DNA of 64,000 nucleotides from Pocillopora damicornis (Eukaryota): NCBI RefSeq assembly GCF_003704095.1, contig NW_020844790.1, positions 310,001 to 374,000 of the forward strand, read 5' to 3'. Shown piece by piece: positions 59,050 to 64,000 of this stretch (position 1 is its first letter; each line of letters starts with the position of its first letter). The notes under the pieces were generated by a model. It saw only the letters and a program-made list of their open reading frames with translations, ran no database searches and was not told where the DNA came from. The position numbers and the translations under genes were made by a program.

Positions 59050-59946
59050 TCACATACACCCGCATTCCTGAACAATCATATTATCAAATTTCCTCAATAA
59101 AACCTTATCCTGCTGAAACACCAATAGAGAGACTGACCGCCACTTTATTGGGACGCAACAGGACCTGCCGCCATCGGTTGGGTACCTCTTGTTCTTTGAG
59201 TTCAGGATTGCCATCATCAGTGAATAATTGTTAGGTTTGCACTTCCCCACACACTTAAAAGCATTGAACCCCGAAGGTGCAATGACTAGATCAAATAGGG
59301 TACTATTTTTAAGATTCGAAAAGCTCACATACATTGGCACCCTTCGGCAAGCATCAGCTTCATCTTCTTTCTTCTCTGGAAGAAGTTTGCGTTCTGTTTC
59401 CTTGCTTGAAAATGGTTCAATTTGGACTTCATTGTGCTGATCAGCAGCTAAAACAAGATAAAAGTGAAATTAAGGAATTTTCATTTTCAAGACTTTTCCC
59501 TTTTGGTCTTTGGGCTTTAGGGCTATGCAGATCAAGTCGCTATAAATAAAAATTGTCTGTACTCTATTAAGATTGCAAACATCTGCTTTCCTTCGTAAAA
59601 TTATAATCCACGTAAAGTTGAGAGCTGAGAGCAAATAAACCATTAGATTTTTAAGTTTATCGATCATTTAAAAAACCTGTAAGTTTATGATAACGTTTCC
59701 TCATCGCATCAGTAACTGAATACATTCAAAAAATAGAGCAAGAGGAAATACATCGTTTAACTTACATCCTTCTTGAATTAGACTCTTAAAGTGCTTCTTT
59801 GGACCCTTCGTTTCAGGCGAGTTTTTCGTCTCTTCAGAACACGAAGTTTTCTCTAAACGGTTTTTATGAGCCATTCCTCTTCCAGACACAGTCAAACTCA
59901 GAATGAAGAGATGCATTACAAAAAGGGACACGAACGGATTCAACAT
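59050..59946 (-). CDS. Miniature TGF-beta/BMP-family ligand 3, 192 aa (exons 59946-59766, 59447-59050)
   Basis: Close paralog of gene 2 with an intact frame and a 7-Cys knot. Confidence 0.9.
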
Positions 59947-60030
59947 GATTACGAGCAAGGCAAAACTTAAGTAGAGTTTATCGTTCGAATACCTCCAGTT
60001 TATCTGATCAAAGCGGAAGGTTGGGGTGCC

Positions 60031-60036
60031 TTTATA
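60031..60036 (-). promoter_or_regulatory. Putative TATA box (TATAAA) of TGF-beta gene 3
   Basis: TATAAAG lies 85 bp upstream of the ATG, at the same position as the gene 1 motif. Confidence 0.55.
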
Positions 60037-61695
60037 AAGTTTATTGTGCACTTGAGAATAAAGAGAATCAACCAAAGGTATCAAATTGCTAAATTCTTGT
60101 GCTAATCATGTTACTTCATTTTTGGAAAACAAATGTAACTTGAGCTAGAGAAGTGTCAGAGGAGGTCTCAAAAAAGATATGACTAAGCTAGCTGATGAAT
60201 GAGGGCCACAAAGATGCACGATCAGATCAGTTTAGCAGCTATGTCCCCCGGCTTCTTGACGACCAGTATTGATGAAAAGTAGCAATTAAGAAAGGTTTCC
60301 TCCTGATGAGCCAATTGTTAGTGTTATGCAGTATGCACTAGGTTCTAATTAACTGCATAAGGGCGGGTGTGATGTCAACGCAAAGCAAAAGAACAGCAGG
60401 AAGACTTATCCGTTTTCGTACTTTGTCCCTCTATCTCTTCCTGTGCGCTTAAATAATTGCCAGTGATCACGCACTTACAGGAAGAAAGTCTACATAAGGT
60501 ACTTAGGCAACATTTCCGCAGACATGTTTTCTTTATCTTCTTTAGTGAGAAAACTTCTCATTCTTCTGTATCGGTTGAATGAATGTATTCAAATGACTTA
60601 GCAAATTTGATGTCACAGGTGAAGTATAGGCACAAGGAGCAGATTAAATCTGTATTTCTCGATAATTTCACAGCACACCTGCGACGCAACTTATTCACCT
60701 TAAGTACATATGAACGCCTTCAGTGTAAGATCAAAATTAATTTCCTTTTTCCCGCGGTGATCGGTCTTGCAAGTAAACAGACACCGGCAGAAATAAACAT
60801 GATATGCAAACAAATCATAAATGGACAAACAAATTGACTATACATGGATACACAAATAACGTGATAAAAAGAACCTGGGAGGGGGTTAAAAAATTCCAGA
60901 GTTCAAGCGGCGTCGATTTATATTTATTAATTCATTGTTTTATCTGTCGACACACGTAGCAGATCATGGTTGGAGCGTGAAACGTCCCTTCCGGATCATG
61001 GTCGGTAAGGGAAGCTTTCCATAAGATGCGCAAGATGTCAAGTGTGGAAAAAGAGATAAGAGATGATACTTACTTTAATGTTACTAGTTTGAATCCGGCT
61101 GCAACCAGAATTATTCATAGTGAACTTTTACCTGTAATGAGAAATGGAATCTCACCTGGGCCTTAAAGTTTAACTAGCTTAAGATTAGTTTGGACATTTT
61201 TTTAAGATACTTGATACTTAGTGACTCCCACTCTCCAGCTTCGTGTGAGTGGGGAAAATAAAAAAGAGAGGGAAAAATTCTCAGAGATTCTGGTAAACTT
61301 AAATGAATTGCAGAGAACTCTCAGGTCTTGTGGATGTGAGCCCATCTCTCTCAAACAGTCACGTATTTCTGGGTGAGGCTCAATAGTTAGCAATTCAGAG
61401 ATCACCACAAATTGTCTGCTCTTTATCCTTCGAAACTTGAACTGGTTTCCAAGATTGACGTTGCTGTGAGATTTTTGCATTCAAAACGAGTCCGAAGCAA
61501 ATAAGGCAAAAGTTCAAGTTTCAGGCTGTCCCATAAAATTTTTGTTTTCTCCTTAAGTCGATAGCGTTGAACATCAAAAGAATATCCTTTTTTACACTCG
61601 GATTAGAGCAAATGCGGTAAGCTACCTTCTTGCGACACACTGTTTGGTCTTTCACAACGTAGGAATCAAAATGTAAACACCCTAACCGGTTTATC

Positions 61696-63880
61696 ATGGC
61701 GGCCGAACTACTCTTTCCCAAGCTGGTGATTTTTGGGGCGTCAGGGCCAACTGGACGTCATTTGGTACAACAAGCATTGAATAAAGGTCACTTGGTTTCC
61801 GCTGTTGTAAGGAGTCCGGACAAATTTGACATCAGGTGAGTATATGGACTCTTAATTGTTTTCACTAAAGTCTCGCTCTCTTATTGTAGCGTGACGGGCG
61901 AACGTGCGAACGTTCGAGTTGAACCTTTGAGAACCTGGGCAGTTAAGTGACTCATCTACCATCATATTTCTCAAATTTTTTAAATTTACAGCGGACATCA
62001 CTTGCAAAGCTGGTCGAATATAAACGATTGAATAAAATTTAATCGTAATGGAAACTATTAATTGTACAGCACACAAATGATTTTTAAGACAGTGTACGAA
62101 AGCGACTTGAACAAATGTTTCTTTGTTCCAGAGTTAGTTGGATCTGAACTTAAAGCATCTATCGGAAACTGCACGTGATAATGGCACTCGCTCGTTTTGT
62201 ATTTTTCCTTTGTGATAACTTCCCTCCACTTTGTGAAAGAAAATAGGATAGGTTACATTTGCATTAAAAGTGCGTGACCAAGGTCACGCCAGCTCTTATA
62301 TCACGCAAGTACCGTATGAGAGGTAAATAGAATAAAAGCGTAATGCGAAGAAAAAAAAAAACTTAGTAGTGTTCTTCGCTGATTAAATAAAGGTACCTTC
62401 AAGTGTTTTCAAAGGATTCGGTGTCTTAGATCTTCCACTCGCTATTTTGGCAATTTTCACGATTGCCTTATCAACTAATTCCCCTTCACGAAATTATTAT
62501 TATTTTTTAATGTATAAAAGTTTTTAAATAGCCCTTTACAGTTATTGTTAATGTCGTAGCTATAGTAATTATTTGCTTCTTTGATCGTCCATATCAGCGT
62601 GGAAAACTGGTTCATTTGGTTACTGATGAACGAGAAATCCCTTACACATAAGGCCTTATATTCTCTTGATGGAGAAGGAATTCTGAAGTAGTTTAAGGCA
62701 AATGGTTCTCACCTTTTTAATCTGCACAACGTAAGACCTATTTCGCTTCTGAGCAATGATAATTACCTAGCGGATTTTATTACACAGACATGAAAAGTTG
62801 GAAGTCATAAAAGGAGACGTGTTTGACTCTGAGTCACTAAATCCCATTCTTCAAGACAAAGACGCTGTATTATCTTGCCTTGGTGCACATGGAACAAGTG
62901 TCTTTAAGCACACAACTTTGTACTCAGAGTCAATGAAGTCAATATCAGCAGCGATGGAGAGGTAAGTTTACTTTTTAGAGTGTAAACAGATTGTGGGTTC
63001 TCATAAAGAATGGTTTAAAATTATCCATCTATACAACAGGTGAGTTTGGGACATCAGTGAGAAAATGATACTACATGCTGCATCACATAGCAACCTTCCA
63101 CGAGAGCTCCCGAAAAAAGAGCGAACCCGAACCTTACGACCTAGCGTTTAATGCGCTTCTTAAAGGCCAAAGCATCACTCACGAGTGTGTGGAGGTGAGA
63201 AGTGGTTTAGGAGTAATGCGGTAATCACCCTCCACAAAAGCGCGCGCTCTGATCGGTCAAGTCAGAGTCTACTCTTTGCCCATGGGTAGGTGTAGGCTGC
63301 TGACGTGAGTGAGAAAAATGATACTACATGACTAGTTTCGCGCACTTGTTTTGTCTAGTTACGAATGATTTGTTCAAGTAGAGGGAACTCTTTTGCTTCA
63401 ATGTATCGATGTTATGTCATAAAACAAATGGTTAACACTACATCGCACACCATCGAGTTACGGATGCACGCGGGACGTTGAACAAATATTGCGAGTGACC
63501 CGAAAAACAAGCGCGAAAACTAGTCGTTGCATTTGCATTTTCTTTTTTTCTCCTTGTCTTCTTTTGCTTTCGCGCACTTCAACAAGCTTCATATCACATT
63601 CACCTTTGTACACAAGCTTCATATCACATTTACGTTTGTACACAGCTTGAGGTAGTTTACTCACAAAAGTAATTTTCTCCGTATAGGAGTAACGTGGATA
63701 GATTAGTCTGCGTAACATCATGGGGCACTCAGAAAGAACCAGGAAATCCTAAACTTATGGAGTACTTGCTCAAGCCGTTGATGATGGCCGGATTCATACA
63801 TGACATGGCGTTGATGGAGAGGATGCTCATGGAAACAAATTTGAACTACACCGTTGTGCGTCCTCCAGGATTAAAGAATG
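61696..63880 (+). CDS. BLVRB: BLVRB-like flavin reductase, third copy; exons 61696-61835, 62788-62961, 63687-63880, with the last exon beyond the window
   Basis: Reads MAAELLFPKLVIFGASGPTG...IKGDVFD...AVLSCLG...RLVCVTSWG...YTVVRPPGL. Intron positions and phases match the other copies. Confidence 0.9.
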
Positions 63881-64000
63881 GTGAATAAAATAATTAGATC
63901 TACGATTTGCAGTTGTTGTTTTTAGGCCTGACGATTCGCGGAATCTGGAGTCGAGGGGTCTAGGTGTAAGTCCTGCCCGGCTCTCTTTATCCCATAACTT

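Larger units (their letters stand above)
55661..61499. repeat. Tandem segmental duplication unit 2 (contains TGF-beta gene 3)
   Basis: Colinear with 46578-54880. Confidence 0.92.

Overview
AT-rich, intron-containing animal genomic DNA. The repeat content suggests an anthozoan, probably a stony coral; this is an inference. There are two N-gaps. From left to right: (1) 1-16 kb is a tandemly duplicated, decaying cassette. Its intact copy pairs an intronless 995-aa secreted protein (- strand) head-to-head with a 3-exon, 110-aa secreted Cys-rich peptide gene (+ strand). The large protein has a long helical core with a hydrophobic hairpin, then a beta-rich domain recalling the Tc-toxin TcA C-terminus, then a Cys-rich tail. 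Two truncated copies of the large gene and one pseudogene of the peptide lie upstream, broken next to Penelope-like (GIY-YIG) retroelement fragments, one of which carries a hammerhead ribozyme relic. (2) UBE3D, 9 exons. (3) A head-to-head BLVRB/flavin-reductase pair: one intact gene with Gly at the Ser111 position, and one pseudogene with a MITE insertion. (4) A roughly 17-exon spectrin-repeat protein gene ending in a CCC...CaaX motif. (5) Three miniature two-exon TGF-beta-family ligand genes, two of them in a recent 6-8 kb tandem duplication. They have a tiny prodomain, no furin site and an eroded type I receptor epitope. (6) A third BLVRB gene running off the right edge. The best candidates for undescribed systems are the co-duplicated large-protein/peptide cassette and the mini-TGF-beta cluster. 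All gene models were assembled by eye from GT/AG sites and reading-frame phase. No database search was run.
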